The notes under the pieces are model-generated. The model searched no databases. It was given only the letters and a program-made list of their open reading frames with translations, and was not told the origin of the DNA. This document shows, piece by piece, positions 22,344 through 36,950 of a stretch of 64,000 nt of DNA. The stretch is taken from contig UYFQ01000506.1 in assembly GCA_900617105.1 (NCBI GenBank), positions 186,001-250,000 on the forward strand. Direction: 5' to 3'. This stretch comes from Hydrurus foetidus (taxonomy: Eukaryota). The translations under genes and the position numbers were made by a program. Each line of letters opens with the position of its first letter. Positions within the stretch are counted from its first letter, which is position 1.

Positions 22344-22444
22344 GTGTCTCGCGGGCCCCTGGGCCGTGGTCACAGATCGGCGCGCCAAGCCATGCGTCAG
22401 GTCCGGGATTCTGATCAAGGCGCGGCGGGCATGGCCCCTCAACA

Positions 22445-24184
<1,740 letters not shown>

Positions 24185-24246
24185 GGCGATGAGGGGATAG
24201 CGCCGCCGCGAACTTGGGGTTCCGGGGCAATGATCAAGCGCTGAAT

Positions 24247-24400
24247 TTAGCCGGGTCGTGGAAGCTCAAGGTGAAGCGGACATAGAGTCAGACCGCGTGG
24301 CGGATCACCTCGGGCGGGAACCGATGACGCTAGAAGGACGGGCACGCATCGCGCGCTCCTGCCCGCCGCACCACGCCGCGTCCAGCCCCGGCGCACGGGT
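24247..24400 (-). pseudogene. IS6-family transposase 5' remnant
   Basis: Minus strand reads RHRFPPEVIRHAV*LYVRFTLSFHD; upstream sequence resembles 25336-25415 in inverted orientation. Confidence 0.75.
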
Positions 24401-24547
24401 CTGGCCGGCGAAGGCGGGCTTCTGGTCCGGTGCATTGGCGGGGCGGGATTGAGGCGGCCCGAAAGTCATTCCGATGCTTGCCAGCGTTGCGGATCGGCGA
24501 CATCCTTCCCGCTCAGAAACTATCCTCAAAGGCGACCGGAACCCATC

Positions 24548-25305
24548 ATGGACGCACCCGAGGCTGCCGGCCATCAAGATGATAGGCCTTTCGGCTTTCG
24601 GCTGGCTTGCCGAAGGCTGGGGACCTGATGAAAGCGCCAGCGCCGCTGTTGGCTTACGGTCTCGGCGTCGCGGCCGCGAGTTTCGCCCTGTGTTACGGCG
24701 TCTATGCCACCAATGGCGCATTCTGGGTCCTCGCCCTGACCGCCGGGTTCGTCATCGTCGCCCCGATCCTGGCCATGGGTCCCTATGAAGCCGGCCGACG
24801 GATCGAACGAGGAGAGCGACCCGGCCTGATGCAGATCCTTTTCGTCCGATCGGCCTTTCGCCAGGACGTCGCCTATCTCAGCCTGCTTCTGGTGCTGATC
24901 TATTTCTTCTGGGGTCGGATCGCCCAGATCGTCTACGGCCTGTCGACCTATCAGAGCCACCCCAGCGTGGACGCCCTGGTGGCCTTTGCCCTAGACTCCA
25001 GTGACGGGCGGGTCATGCTGCTGACCGGAACCTTGACCGGCGGGGCCCTGGCCTTCGTGACCTACGCCCTGATGGTCGTATCCGCGCCGATGCTGCTCGA
25101 CCCCCGGGCCAGCGTTTTCGAGGCGGTGGCGACCAGCGTGCGCGCCGTCAACGCCAACTTCTTCCCGCTGCTGCTCTGGGCGGGGATCATCGCCGCTCTC
25201 CTTCTGCTCTCCGCCGCGACGGGATTTCTCGCCCTGGTCTTCGTCTTTCCCTGGCTGGGCCTCGCCAGTTGGCGCGCCTATCGCAGCCTTGTGGATGACA
25301 ACTGA
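24548..25305 (+). CDS. Integral membrane protein, DUF2189-like
   Basis: DLMKAP...LAYG, GFVIVAPILAMGPYEAGRRIERGE, SAPMLLD, AVATSVRAV, PWLGLASWRAYRSLV. Confidence 0.8.
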
Positions 25306-25315
25306 CGGCACCGTT

Positions 25316-25415
25316 GGTGCTGTCAGCTCTACGCCGTCCATACCGGACGCCGGGGCTGGACACGGTTCGGTGAGGCGGGCAGGAGCGCGCCATGCGTGCT
25401 CTGTCGTTCAAGCGT
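25316..25415 (+). mobile_element. IS6-family left-end remnant
   Basis: IR GGTGCTGTCAG at 25316, then GGAG RBS and MRALSFKR, truncated. Confidence 0.7.
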
Positions 25416-25419
25416 CCGC

Positions 25420-25570
25420 CACATGCGTCGATGCAGCTTTTAGCTTCCTCGGAAAAGCGGGCGCCAAGGGCTCGAACAATCTCTCTTCGGCCGAAATAGG
25501 CCTGCAGATCGAGAGGTATCACTCGACGAGTTGAGTACCGGCCATTTCGCCCTATGAGCCCTGTGAACAT
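25420..25570 (-). pseudogene. DUF6538-like (integrase N-terminal) fragment
   Basis: MFTGLIGRNGRYSTRRVIPLDLQAYFGRREIVRALG...EEAK; abuts the IS6 remnant. Confidence 0.6.
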
Positions 25571-25676
25571 GTCTGTCTGCGGTGTTCCAAGCGTAACGGA
25601 CACAGAGCGCTTCGGCATTGTAAGGGATTGATTTTCCGGCTTTCCCTTGCAGATCAAGGGCCGGAGGGTGCGTGGC

Positions 25677-26250
25677 GGTGCTGTCTGTCTAACGCTAACT
25701 TGTCTCCGCTTCCGGCCCCAGCGGGGCTCGCGTTCGGAGATAGTTCGTGCAGCTCTAATTCAAGCGCCACCGGTTTCCAGCGGAGGTCATAAGACACGCT
25801 GTCAGGCTGTATTTCCGCTTCACTCTGAGCTTTCGCGACGTCGAGGAGATGATGGCCCAACGGGGCATCGACGTGAGCTATGAGACCATCCGCTGCTGGA
25901 CGATAAAGTTTGGTCCGTAGATCGCAAGGAATCTCAAGCGCAAACGCCATGCCCCGTCGCCTCGATGGCATCTGGACGAGGTCGTCTGCTCAATCGGGGG
26001 CAAGCGGATGTACCTCTGGCGCGCCGTCGATGACGAAGGCGAAGTGCTCGACGTGGTCGTTCAGAAGCGGCGCGACACCGAGGCAGCGCTGAGACTTCTC
26101 AGGCGTCTGCTGCGCAATCAGCCCGTGGAGCCAGAAGCGATCACCACGAGGCGGATCCCCTCGGGCGAGCTGTTGAAGTCGCGGAATGGGCTTGTCATCC
26201 CAGCAAGCGAGCGGTCGCTCACCCTGTCAGCAATTTGCTCTGACAGCACC
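25677..26250. mobile_element. Chimeric IS6 derivative: ends of the 33.6/56.6 kb element enclosing an oppositely oriented partial IS6 transposase
   Basis: Starts GGTGCTGTC, ends CTGACAGCACC; internal + strand FKRHRFPAEVIRHAV...KFGP*...WHLDEV...YLWRAVDDEGEVLD, cut at about 26148. Confidence 0.85.
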
Positions 26251-26262
26251 CTGCCAGGGACA

Positions 26263-27311
26263 TCAGCAACAGGCCGCCGTGCTATCCGTGGGCGTCGAAA
26301 ACGGCAGGTCAGTCCCGCAGCCCTTGAAGATGCCGAGGTGCCGACCGAAGTCGCCGAAGTACTCGAAACTCCTGCCGAACCGGCTCTCCTGCAGAATACG
26401 CCAGGTGTTGCCGCAGACCGGTGTGATGCGCCCCACTTCGAATGTGTGGTGCTTGTCGAGGACAAAGGCTTTTTCAAAGCCGCCGAGCCCGCCCCGATAG
26501 CGAACGGCCTGACCATAGTCCTCGCAGGCGGATTCCAGGCCATCGAGTTTGAACAGGCGCCAGGTGGCGGAGAAAAAGCGGATGGGCGCGACCGCCAGCT
26601 CCACCAGTGGATCACCAACGATGAGGGGGCGATCGGCGACGAGGCGAGGATCACCAGCCGGCTGCCTTGGCCTGGCGCAGGAAGTCGCCCACAGAGCGCG
26701 CCACCAAGGCATTCCCCGTGCAGCACGGGGTCGCGCCGAAGCGCATCCGGCACGCGCCGGTCGGCGTAGACGTCTGAAAATACAGCTCGCCGCCGGGCTT
26801 GAGGAGGTCATAGACGGCGGCGAAGACGGCGGCCTTGTCCTCGACCAGGTTGATGACGCAGTTGGACACGATGACATCGAAGGATGCCGGCTCCAGGTCC
26901 AGTTCGCCGAGATGGGCAATGTCCCCGCCGATGAAATGTACGTTTGACCGGTCATATCCGAAGCGGTCGCGATGCCAGTCGAGGTGGGAGCGCGCCAGCT
27001 CCAGCTGTTCGGGCGTTCCATCGACGCCCACAATCTGGCCCGTCGGTCCAATCAGCTGGGCCAGGACATAGCAGTCCTGACCCGAGCCGGACCCAAGGTC
27101 GAGGATCCGAGCGCCCTCGATCGCCGGAGGCGCGACCAGCCCGCAGCCGTAGTATCGCGCCCTTTACATCGTCATGGACATTGGCCAAAGCGCGCCGAAC
27201 GGCCGGGGGCGCGTCAGTTGTGCAGCAAGCGTCGGTTCGAAGGTCTCCTGACCCTGAGCACCTTGCCGTAGTAGTCTTGCGCGTTGGTGAGGCTAGCGTC
27301 GTCCAACTCAT
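26263..27311 (-). CDS. arsM: Arsenite S-adenosylmethionine methyltransferase (AS3MT-like long form)
   Basis: QDYYGKVL, DLRTDACC, YGCG, LDLGSGSGQDCY, VIVSNCVINL, HGECLGGA, CEDYGQAV, VCGNT, terminal CC. Confidence 0.85.
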
Positions 27312-27465
27312 GCTCCTAGCGTTGAAGTCGTTTTTAGGAGAGTTCGATTTGAAGGAGCAATCGGTTACAGCCGCGATTGAGTTGGAACAGGGCGCGGGAC
27401 CAGATGCCCCGCTGGGGCGAACTCAGGGGCGCTGGCAGTCCAAGGTCAACGCGTTTCCGGTTCCT

Positions 27466-27860
27466 TCGCGGGGCCTCCCCATATCTGATCGCGGGGGCTC
27501 TGACGACGCCCGATGATCTCGAGGCGCACCGCTGCATCGGGCATCGCCTTCCGAGCGGCAGGCTCTGCCGCCGGGATTTCGAGCGGGGCGGCAAGGCCCT
27601 GTCGGTCGATGTGGCGCGGTCCGTCGCTAGACGTTGAGAACCTTATGGTCGACGCCGCCGTTCAGGGGCGTCGCCTGCGTGGTCGAGGCGGCCGCCTCGG
27701 CGGCGCTTGCGGCCGGGCAGGTTTTGAAGTGCTGGTGCCTTGGCTTCAGGCGAGAGAAGCGGCAGCCGTCTACTATCCAGAACATCGCGCTTTACCCTTG
27801 GCCCTGCGGGCATTCCTGGACGTTGTCCGTGAGGGTCAGTCGGCCGGCCCTAGCCGCCAC
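27466..27860 (+). pseudogene. LysR substrate-binding domain fragment with no HTH
   Basis: ASPYLI...TPDDLEAHRCIGHRLPSG, VYYPEHRALPLALRAFLDVVR. Confidence 0.7.
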
Positions 27861-28025
27861 GCGCGAAGCCGCGTTTTGTCGCCCCCGAGGGTTCGTCAGA
27901 GGACAAAAGTCTGGTTCGAGATAGCGCCCGAACCCGCCGTGTCAGACAAGGCGTGCAAGGTTCGCTCTGAGATCCGCCGCTACTTCGTCACTCTCGGACA
28001 AGCGGCGTACTACGAGGTGAGGAGA

Positions 28026-28637
28026 CTAACGCAGCCTCACGGCGGCGGCGACGACGTGGGCGATCTCACGGGACGTTCCCGGTAAGCCGTAAGTTCGACA
28101 GGTCCGTGGGGCCCAGTTTGGCCCTTGGTGGCGGCCAGAAGGGTGCTCACAAGACTTTCGGCCGCCAGATCCGCGCCAGCCAGATCGATCTCCCCGCGAC
28201 TCTCGGCGTCCCGTAGCACCCTAACCAGGCGCGTCGCGTAGGCCGTGTCCGCGTCGTGAGCGAGGTCGGCCGATCGTGGTGCGGGTGGCGTCCAACTCCA
28301 TCAGGTGCTCGAGCGCGTAGCGCTCCTGTACCGTCCCACACTGGCGGTCGAGCAACCGGTGAGCTTTTCGGGGAACGGCAGCTCGGCGTTTTCAGCCCTC
28401 ATCGCAGAGACGGCTGAGGTCCGCCAGGGTCCTGGCGTGCATCGCCCGGAACACCGCTTCCTTGCCGTTGAAGTAGAAATACAGCGTGCCCTGGCGACAC
28501 CTGCCGCACGCGCAATGTCGTCCATGGCCGTCCGTCGATAGCCGAAGGCGGCGAACAACCGCTGGGCGGCGTCAAGGATCGCATTGGCCTTGGCGCGAGT
28601 GTCGCCGCACTCTGGGACCGCTGGACGTCTCTGGCAT
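28026..28637 (-). CDS. TetR family regulator
   Basis: AILDAAQRLFAAFGYRRTAMDDIARAAGVA..TLYFYFNGKEAVF. Confidence 0.85.
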
Positions 28638-28662
28638 GGCTGCTCTTAGGCGGAACGCCTGA

Positions 28663-28713
28663 TTGACAGCAAGGTCGCCGAGGAACGAAATGACCGTATA
28701 GACCAAAATGGTC
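28663..28713 (+). promoter_or_regulatory. TTGACA box and palindrome GACCA-AAA-TGGTC (candidate TetR operator)
   Basis: Between divergent TetR and aldo/keto reductase starts. Confidence 0.45.
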
Positions 28714-28732
28714 GAGCCGTGGGAGGCGAGCT

Positions 28733-29702
<970 letters not shown>

Positions 29703-29742
29703 GACGACGTTGCGCACCACTCCAGCGGTGAGAGATTCAGAC

Positions 29743-29908
29743 ATGACCGTCGCCCGCCAGATCCGTCTCGTTCGCCGCCCGCAAGGCGTCCGGTTCCGCA
29801 GGACGTCGCGATGGTTGAGGCTCCCTTCGAGCGCGCGCGCCCGAAGGGCTGATCGGCCTCTTCGAAGGCCGGAACGCCGGCAAGATGCTTATCCACGTCG
29901 CCGACTGA
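29743..29908 (+). pseudogene. Internally deleted NADP-dependent oxidoreductase (CurA/prostaglandin reductase-like)
   Basis: N-terminus MTVARQIRLVRRPQG joined to C-terminus FERAPEGLIGLFEGRNAGKMLIHVAD*. Confidence 0.7.
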
Positions 29909-29957
29909 CCCGGCGCCCTCCGCTTGTCCCATCCCGATCCACGCACTGGAAACCCAA

Positions 29958-31085
29958 ATGCCAACCCATCCCGACCGTCGGACTGCAACTGCGCTCGCTC
30001 CTGAAGGCGAGCGGCGAGCTCGAACTGTCGCTGGCCGAAGTGGAGGTCCCCGCGCCAGGCCCAGACGAAGTTGTGGTTCGCATCGAAGGCGCGCCGATCA
30101 ACCCTTCGGATCTCGGCCTACTCCTGGCCCCGCAGACCTTTCTACCGCCAAGGCCAGCGGCACCGCTGACCGACCGGTTCTGACCGCCGCCGTTCCGCCT
30201 CCAGTTCCGAAGGCCATGACCGCGCGTCTCGATGACTCTTACCTGTCGGCAACGAGGGTGCGGGCGTGGTCGTGGCGGCCGGCGCCGAAGCCCAGGACCT
30301 GCTGGGCCAAACCGTGGCGATCTTCGGCGGGGCGACATATGCCCAGTATCGAACTGTGAAGGCCTCTGACTGTCTGCGGCTGCCTGAGGGAACGACCGCA
30401 GCCGAAGGCGCCTCATGCTTCGTCAATCCGCTCACGTCGTTGGGCATGGTCGAGACCATGCGCCGCGAAGGTCATACGGCGCTGGTCCACACCGCCGCCG
30501 CATCCAACCTCGGCCAGATGCTGAACAAGGTCTGCCTGGCCGATGGCGTCGCGCTGGTGAACATCGTCAGGAGCCCGGAGCAGCGATCCTGCGGGAATCG
30601 GCGCCGCCCCATCGTCGTTTCGACTTCGCCGACGTTCACGGAAGAGCTTTTGCCGAGGCGCTGGTGACAACCGGTGCGACCTGACCTTCGACGCCATCGG
30701 CGGCGGCAAGCTGGTCGGCCAGATTTTGACGGCCATGGGGTCGCGGCCAACAAGACGGCCAGAGCTACAGCCGCTATGGCTCGACGGTCCACAAGCAAGC
30801 TTACATCTATGGCGGTCTGGACACCGGGCCGACGACGCTGAACCGGGGCTTTGGGATGTCCTGGGGTGTCGGCGGATGGCTGCTGATGCCCTTCCTGATG
30901 AAGATCGGACCCGAGGCAGCCCAAGCCCTGCGCGAGCGGGTGGCCCGCGAGCTGAAGACGACCTTCGCCAGTCACTACACCGCGGAAATCTCGCTCGCCG
31001 AGGCGCTCCGTCCCGGGTCATCGCCGCCTACAGCCGTCGCGCCACGGGCGAAGTTCCGATCAACCCCAATAAGGCCGTCGGCTGA
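29958..31085 (+). CDS. MDR-superfamily oxidoreductase
   Basis: PGPDEVVVRIEGAPINPSDLG, GNEGAGVV, ASCFVNPLT, VHTAAASNLGQML, TTFASHYT. Confidence 0.88.
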
Positions 31086-31279
31086 GAGCGCGTCGTCCGA
31101 CGCCTTCAGTGCGATGGCGGAGATCTTGATGCGGTATCTGGTTCGGCGCTGCCCCGGTGGGCGGGAGGACGCGGAGTTTATTCAAGGCCAGGTGCTCCAC
31201 GCCAACGGAGGCGCCTGCGTCTCGGCTTGGGCCGGCCGCGCCGTACCTGGTGATAAATTGAAAAATTGGGGATTGAGAC

Positions 31280-32952
31280 GTGAACAGGATTGAAGCGCTG
31301 GCCCAGCTGACCGGCGAAGGGCTACCCTATGAGCTGGCGGAGATCGAGGCGCTGGGCGGCGCGTGCGGGCCTTCAAGAATGCGCCGGCCAACCTGCGGGC
31401 CCTGTTCGAGGCTGGGCGCAGCGACCTGCCGTTCATCGTCTACGAGGACGAGCGCCTGACCTTTGAGGAGGCCTGGCAGGCGTCTCAGAAGCTCGGGGCG
31501 GTGATGGCTCGCGACTATGGGGTGGAGAAGGGCGACCGGGTTGCAATTTCTATGCGCAACTATCCGGAATGGATCCTTGGCTTCATGGCGGCCACCTCCA
31601 TCGGGGCGATCGCGGTGGCGATGAACGCGCTGGGCAGCCGCATGAGATGGAGTACAGGCTGAAGGACTCTGGGGCCAAGCTGCTGCTGGCCGACCAGGAG
31701 CAGCTGGACCGGCTGGCCGCCTGCGAGGATGCGCCCGCGGCGTTGGCGGTGATCGCGGTGCGGGCGACCAAGGCGCTGGCTGGCGTGCGCGGCTATGACG
31801 AGGTAATGGCGGGGCGGGCGACGTCGCACCGCCAGAGCGCCAGATCGGGCCCGATGACGACGCCATCATGCTCTACACCTCAGGCTCGACGGGCCATCCC
31901 AAAGGGGCGGTCTCGACGCACCGGAACATCCTGTCCGGCGCTGTTCTCCTGGGAGCTGGACGCCCAGGCCGGGATGCTGGCGTGGGCTTCCGCCCATGGT
32001 GGGCGGGTCGCAGCCGGCGGCGCTGCTAGCCATCCACTGTTCCACGTCTCGAGCCTGCACGTCAGCCTGCTGCAGTGCTCTGCGCCAGCGCAGGCTGGTC
32101 TGCATGTACAAAGAGGATCGGCAGGCCGTCGAGATCATCCGAGCGCGGCAGGATCACCGGCTTCAACCTGGCCGCCGGCGGTAACCGGCGACTTGGTGGA
32201 GATCGCCGGCGCAGGCCGCGACCTGAGCTCGCTGTCGCGGTGGCGGGCGGGGGCCTCGCGCGCCCCGGAGCAGGTCCGGGCCATCGACAGGCCTTCTAGC
32301 GCCGCAACACCGGCTGGGGCATGACCGAAACCAACGCCATCGGCTTCCAGCATCGCCGGCGCGGACTACCTTGCCCACCCGGCCAGTTCGGGGCGGGTGC
32401 CGTCGGGCTGGATCCGCGTATCGTCGACGAGGACGGGTGGCCCAGCTGGCCGGGTCGCGGGCGAGCTGCAGATCGCGGCGCTTCGACTGGCGCTACTGAA
32501 CCGGCCCGAGGCCAATGCCGAGACCTTCGTGACAGCTGGATGCACCGGGGACGTGGCCTATGTGGACGACGAGGGCTTTGTCTATAGTCGACCGCATCAA
32601 GGATCTGGTGATCCGCGGCGGCGAGAACATCGGCTGCGGCGCGGTGGAGGCCGCCCTGCTGGAACATCCCGAGATCCTCGAAGCGAGCGTCTACGGCGTA
32701 CCGGACGAGCGCCTGGGAGAAGAGGTCGGCGCGACGCTCTACACGCGCGCCGATCTGGAGAGTCTGCCTTGAGGTCATTTCTCGAGCCCGCCTCGCGCGG
32801 TTTGGATCCTCGGTACTTCTACTTCTCGGACGCTCCGTTGCCGCGCATCGCGTCGGAAAGATTTTCAAGCGTCAGCTTCGGGCAAAACCGCCAACGCCGC
32901 CGCCGCCGCAGCGACCTCCCCACCGTCCTCTCCGACATCGTCGCGGTTCATA
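31280..32952 (+). CDS. Class I adenylate-forming enzyme / fatty-acid CoA ligase (frameshifted)
   Basis: [67 protein letters not shown]. Confidence 0.88.
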
Positions 32953-33579
32953 ATGCTGACAGTTCATCATCTCGGCGTTTCACAGTCGGAACGCATCGTC
33001 TGGCTCTGCGAGGAACTGGGGATCGAGTACGATGCTTAAGCGCTATGATCGGGTTCCACCGGGCCGGGGTCCTGCGCCGCCGGGTACAAGGCACTGCATC
33101 CGCTGGGCACCGCGCCGATCATCACGGACGGCGATGTGGTCCTGCCGAGTCTGGCGCGATCATCGAGTACATCATCGGCCGGTACGGCGCCAGCCGGCTG
33201 GCGGTGGCCCCGGACGCCCCGAACTTCGCCGACTACCTGTTCTGGTTCCGCTTCGCCAATGCCTCGATGCTGCCAATAAACCGGCGCGCCGCGGACGGCG
33301 CCGAGGGAAGCCTGCGCGCCAGTTCATGCGGGCGCGTTCCGAGCGCGCCTGGACGCTGGTAGAGGCGCGGCTCGGCGCGTCGGCCTATTTCGCTGGAGAC
33401 GCGTTCACGGCGGCTGACATCATCATGGGCTTCAACCCTGACCACCATGCGCGTCTTCATTCCGCGCGATCTGTCGCCCTATCCGAACATTCTGGCCTAT
33501 CTAAAAGTCATAGGTGAGCGGCCGGGCTACGCAGAGCGATGCAGAAGGGCGACCCGCAGATGAAGCTCTCCTGAACTGA
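32953..33579 (+). CDS. Glutathione S-transferase
   Basis: MLTVHHLGVSQSERIVWLCEELG, HPLGTAPII, ESGAIIEYI, YFAGDAFTAADIIMGF. Confidence 0.9.
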
Positions 33580-33623
33580 TTACACCCCGCAGCCGTTGAG
33601 CTGCGGTCGTCATCGCGCACCAC

Positions 33624-34431
33624 GGTGCTGTCAGCTAACCAACTTGTCTCCGCTAGACGCAGGTTGGGCAGGACGGCACGGCCTCAGGCCATAAGAGACT
33701 TCCACTCAGCCAGTGCGGCGGAGCGTTGGGCCTTGTAGGTCTCGCGGCTGGTAGGTGGCGGTCCTGGTTGAAGTGGTTGTGGAAGGCGGCGTGCACGGAG
33801 CTGAATTTCTGCAGGCTCTTCATCTGTCGGCACCTGAGTCTGGCCCGTTCTCGTCGTCGGAACGGCAGGTGTGAGTTCTCACAACGGTTGTTGGCCCAGC
33901 GGCCAATCTCCTGCTTCTCGGCGTTGCCGAGTTCCTTCATCGCCGCCCTATATGAGCGCAGGCTGTCGGTGGTGACCACCTTGGCACGTCCGTGCCGCTT
34001 CATCAGTTTCTTCATGAACTTCAACGCCGCAGGCTTGTCGCGGGTCTTGCTGGCGAAGGACTCTAGCACTTCACCCTCGTGGTCGACGGCCCGCCAGAGG
34101 TAGTGCATCTGGCCGTTGATTTTCACGTAGACCTCGTCGAGATGCCACGTCCAGTGCGTGAAGGCCTTCATCTGATTGACCCGCTTTCGCCGGATCTCGG
34201 CGGCAAACATTGGACCGAACCTGTTCCACCAGAACCGCACCGTCTCATGGCAGATGTCGATCCCACGCTCCGCCAGGAGGTCCTCGACGTTGCGCAGCGA
34301 GAGCGGGTATTTCACGTACATCATCACCACCAGGCGGATCACCTCGGGCGAGCTGTTGAATTAGCGGAATGGGTTGCCATCCCGGCAGGCTACCGGCTGG
34401 GGCGACGTCGGCAATTTGCTCTGACAGCACC
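33624..34431 (-). mobile_element. IS6-family insertion sequence, copy A (808 bp)
   Basis: IRs GGTGCTGTCAG/CTGACAGCACC; DDE transposase WHLDEVYV, YLWRAVDHEGEVL, VVTTD, NNRCENSH. Confidence 0.95.
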
Positions 34432-34686
34432 CCTCTGGCGCATTCCGCCGAAGGTCTGGAATATGGAGATGACCTGGTCCCGATCTGGCGCGGCCCCGCC
34501 GAGATTCGGACCTCTAGGACGAGAGTGCAAGGCGTTTCTCGTGACCCAAAGTTCTGATCCAGCCAAAAGGTGCGCAGAGTTGGCGATCAGTAATCGTCCG
34601 TGAGCCATCGAGTGTAGCGCTCTTGCGGTTTGAAACTTCGATAGGCGGGGTTTGGTTTGCAGATTCCAGATCTTTCGCGACAAGGC

Positions 34687-34932
34687 TTAAGCTTGACCGC
34701 GTGGTAGGGCTTCCAGCCATTGCGGATCGCCCATGAGCGGATCTTCGGGGTCGGATTTGCGTGACGCTTGGAGCGAAGATCCGCAGGATCTCGTCGGCCA
34801 TCTCTTTGTCGCGCGGTGGATCAGGCCCGTCGAGGTTGATGACTTGAGTGAGCTCTTTGAGGGCGCGAACGACCACGGGAATCGTCGATCAGGGCACGGG
34901 TGCCTGGTGAACCTGTCCGTGAACGCTGACAT
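34687..34932 (-). CDS. Small hypothetical protein
   Basis: Stitched MSAFTDRF...VVRALKELTQVINLDGPDPPRDKEMADEILRIFAP...EDPLMGDPQWLEALPRGQA; no family recognised. Confidence 0.4.
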   Translation of the reverse strand: MSAFTDRFTRHPCPDRRFPWSFAPSKSSLKSSTSTGLIHRATKRWPTRSCGSSLQASRKSDPEDPLMGDPQWLEALPRGQA

Positions 34933-35549
34933 TCCAGCGTTCAGACCAGCCGTCAGCCCGTCCGGTAGTCCGGCACGGCCACGACCCCGGCGACGTTAGG
35001 CGCGCCGTCTGCAAGATCCAGGATCTCTGTCTCGCGAAGTAAACGATGAGCACAGCGGGTCCACGCAACCGTCGCAAGGTCCGTCTAGTTTCGGCTTGCA
35101 GTTGATCCCTGGCGAGACGCTCACCGGGCCCTTGGCAGGGCACGAACTGTATGATCACCCAGGTAGTGCGCCAAGCTGGTGTGTTCCAGTTGGCTTCTAT
35201 TGTGCGTTAGCAGGATGATGTCGCGTGCCCCGGTCTTCTCGCATCACCTTGGCGTATTCGAGCGCGGTCTGGAACGTGCCGGCAGCATGGCTGTCGAGCG
35301 GCTTTCAAGACGCGGATGATTTCGGCCATGCCGTGCTTCCTTTTGTTGTCGCGAAAGATGAGGTTCGTTGAACCTCCGCGTTAAATCCTCAGCCGAGCTG
35401 TCCAAAATCGTCAGCCGATGCGCGTCTGGTGGAACTCGACCGACATGGCGGACACCGCATGCGACTTGCGGGCCGCTGGCGTGCTTGCCCCGACGATGTC
35501 CTGACCCCACCGAGCAGCCGGTGTGACGGTTCTCCAGTCCTGGCTGCGG

Positions 35550-35780
35550 ACCTCAGTCTGCGGCCTGGACCGCCAGGTTGCGGAAATAGCCATTGGTGCC
35601 GTCGCCGAACCCAAAGCGCGATGCGCCCGGTCCGCCTGGCGCGCTTGAGGTCGTCAATGTGCAGGACCTTCGTGCCGTCCAGAAAGGCGGTTAGGGCGGG
35701 CCCGTTGATCTCGAGGCGCAGCCGGTGCCATTGGCCAAGCTGGACTGGCTCGCTTGGCCGCAGTCGGCGGCGGGGCAACT
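35550..35780 (-). pseudogene. Beta-jelly-roll (DUF1080-like) C-terminal fragment
   Basis: VQLGQWHRLRLEINGPALTAFLDGTKVL...GRIALWV.DGTNGYFRNL. Confidence 0.5.
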
Positions 35781-36085
35781 GCGGCGTGGGCACAGCTGAC
35801 CCCAAGACTGCAGTGATCAGACCAGAGAACAGCAAGGGCGGCTTTCGGAACGGAGGTGCACGATGAGGCCTATGCCTGAACACGCCCGCATTCCGGGCGT
35901 TCCGGGCCGGGTTTGCTACAAGGTAGCCTCGAGAAGCGCGATGAAAGAGTGCGCCTCTATACGCCGCGGGCTATGCAACAAGCCGTTGGAGTGACCCGGT
36001 ACACCATTCCGATCCCTCTGGGGCTGTCCGGGAGGGCTGCGATTGGGGCGCGACCACGCTGCGGTCGGTGCTCCGCGTTAGCAGC

Positions 36086-36950
36086 TCAGAGTTCGCGATG
36101 CAGGTGCTCTGCGAGGATGTCAGCGGCGCGGAAAACCAACTCTGGCGCATCGTAAAATGCGACTTGGTTTCGCCTTCGAGCCAGGTCAGTGATTTAGGCC
36201 CGGAGAGGTTGGCGTAGAACTTCTCTGCCGCGTCGGGACTAGCGCGTTTTCCGGAATGGACCATGCAAACGGGAATCTGGATCTGCGGAGCCGCCGTCTG
36301 CACGTCGAAAGGCAGGAAGTGTTCACGGGACATCACAGCGAATGCATTGACGTAGTTCAGGACCGACGCGCGCGGTGTCGCATAGTAATCGAAAAGGTAG
36401 GCGGTCTGCATGGCTGCATCGCCTGTCATGGAGACGGCAGGGATTGTAATGACCTCGCCGGTCCTCGTAGGCAAGCCGCGCGTCGCGCCCCTGAGCGACC
36501 TTCGCGTCGAAGCCGTCGGGATCGCTCTCGCGCATGAGGGGCGGGTCTCGGTAGTAACCGACGACGAGTCCCAGTGCTGTGACGCGGGGTTTAGCAAACT
36601 GGCATGGGCTGCATATCCTGCGCCCAGACAGACCCCGGCTAGGCCCAATCTCGCTGTCGATGTCAGAACGCGACGAGAGGAATTCTAGCGCCGCTCCGAG
36701 GTCTTCGATCTTTCGGCCAGCATGCTCGTATTGACGCGGCGCGCCTCCACTCTGTCCGTACCCTCTGTGATCGAACGCCAAGGCTGCGATTCCGCGCTGG
36801 GCGAGCGGCGGCATAGACGCCTGTAACCTGTTCCTTGACGCTGGTCATAGGCCCCGCCACGGCCACAGCTGGGTGAGGACCGTTGCCGGTTGGGACATGG
36901 AGATGGCCGACCAAAGCATCTCCGGCGACCGTGAAATGCACCAGCTCCAC
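36086..36950 (-). CDS. Alpha/beta hydrolase with Cys nucleophile
   Basis: GPMTSVKEQV, LAFDHRGYGQSGGAPRQ, nucleophile elbow GVCLGAG. Confidence 0.85.

Noticed and set aside
34432..34440. Flank CCTCTGGC resembling the reverse complement of the flank left of IS copy B
   Set aside because: Only about 5 bp match; not a convincing target-site duplication
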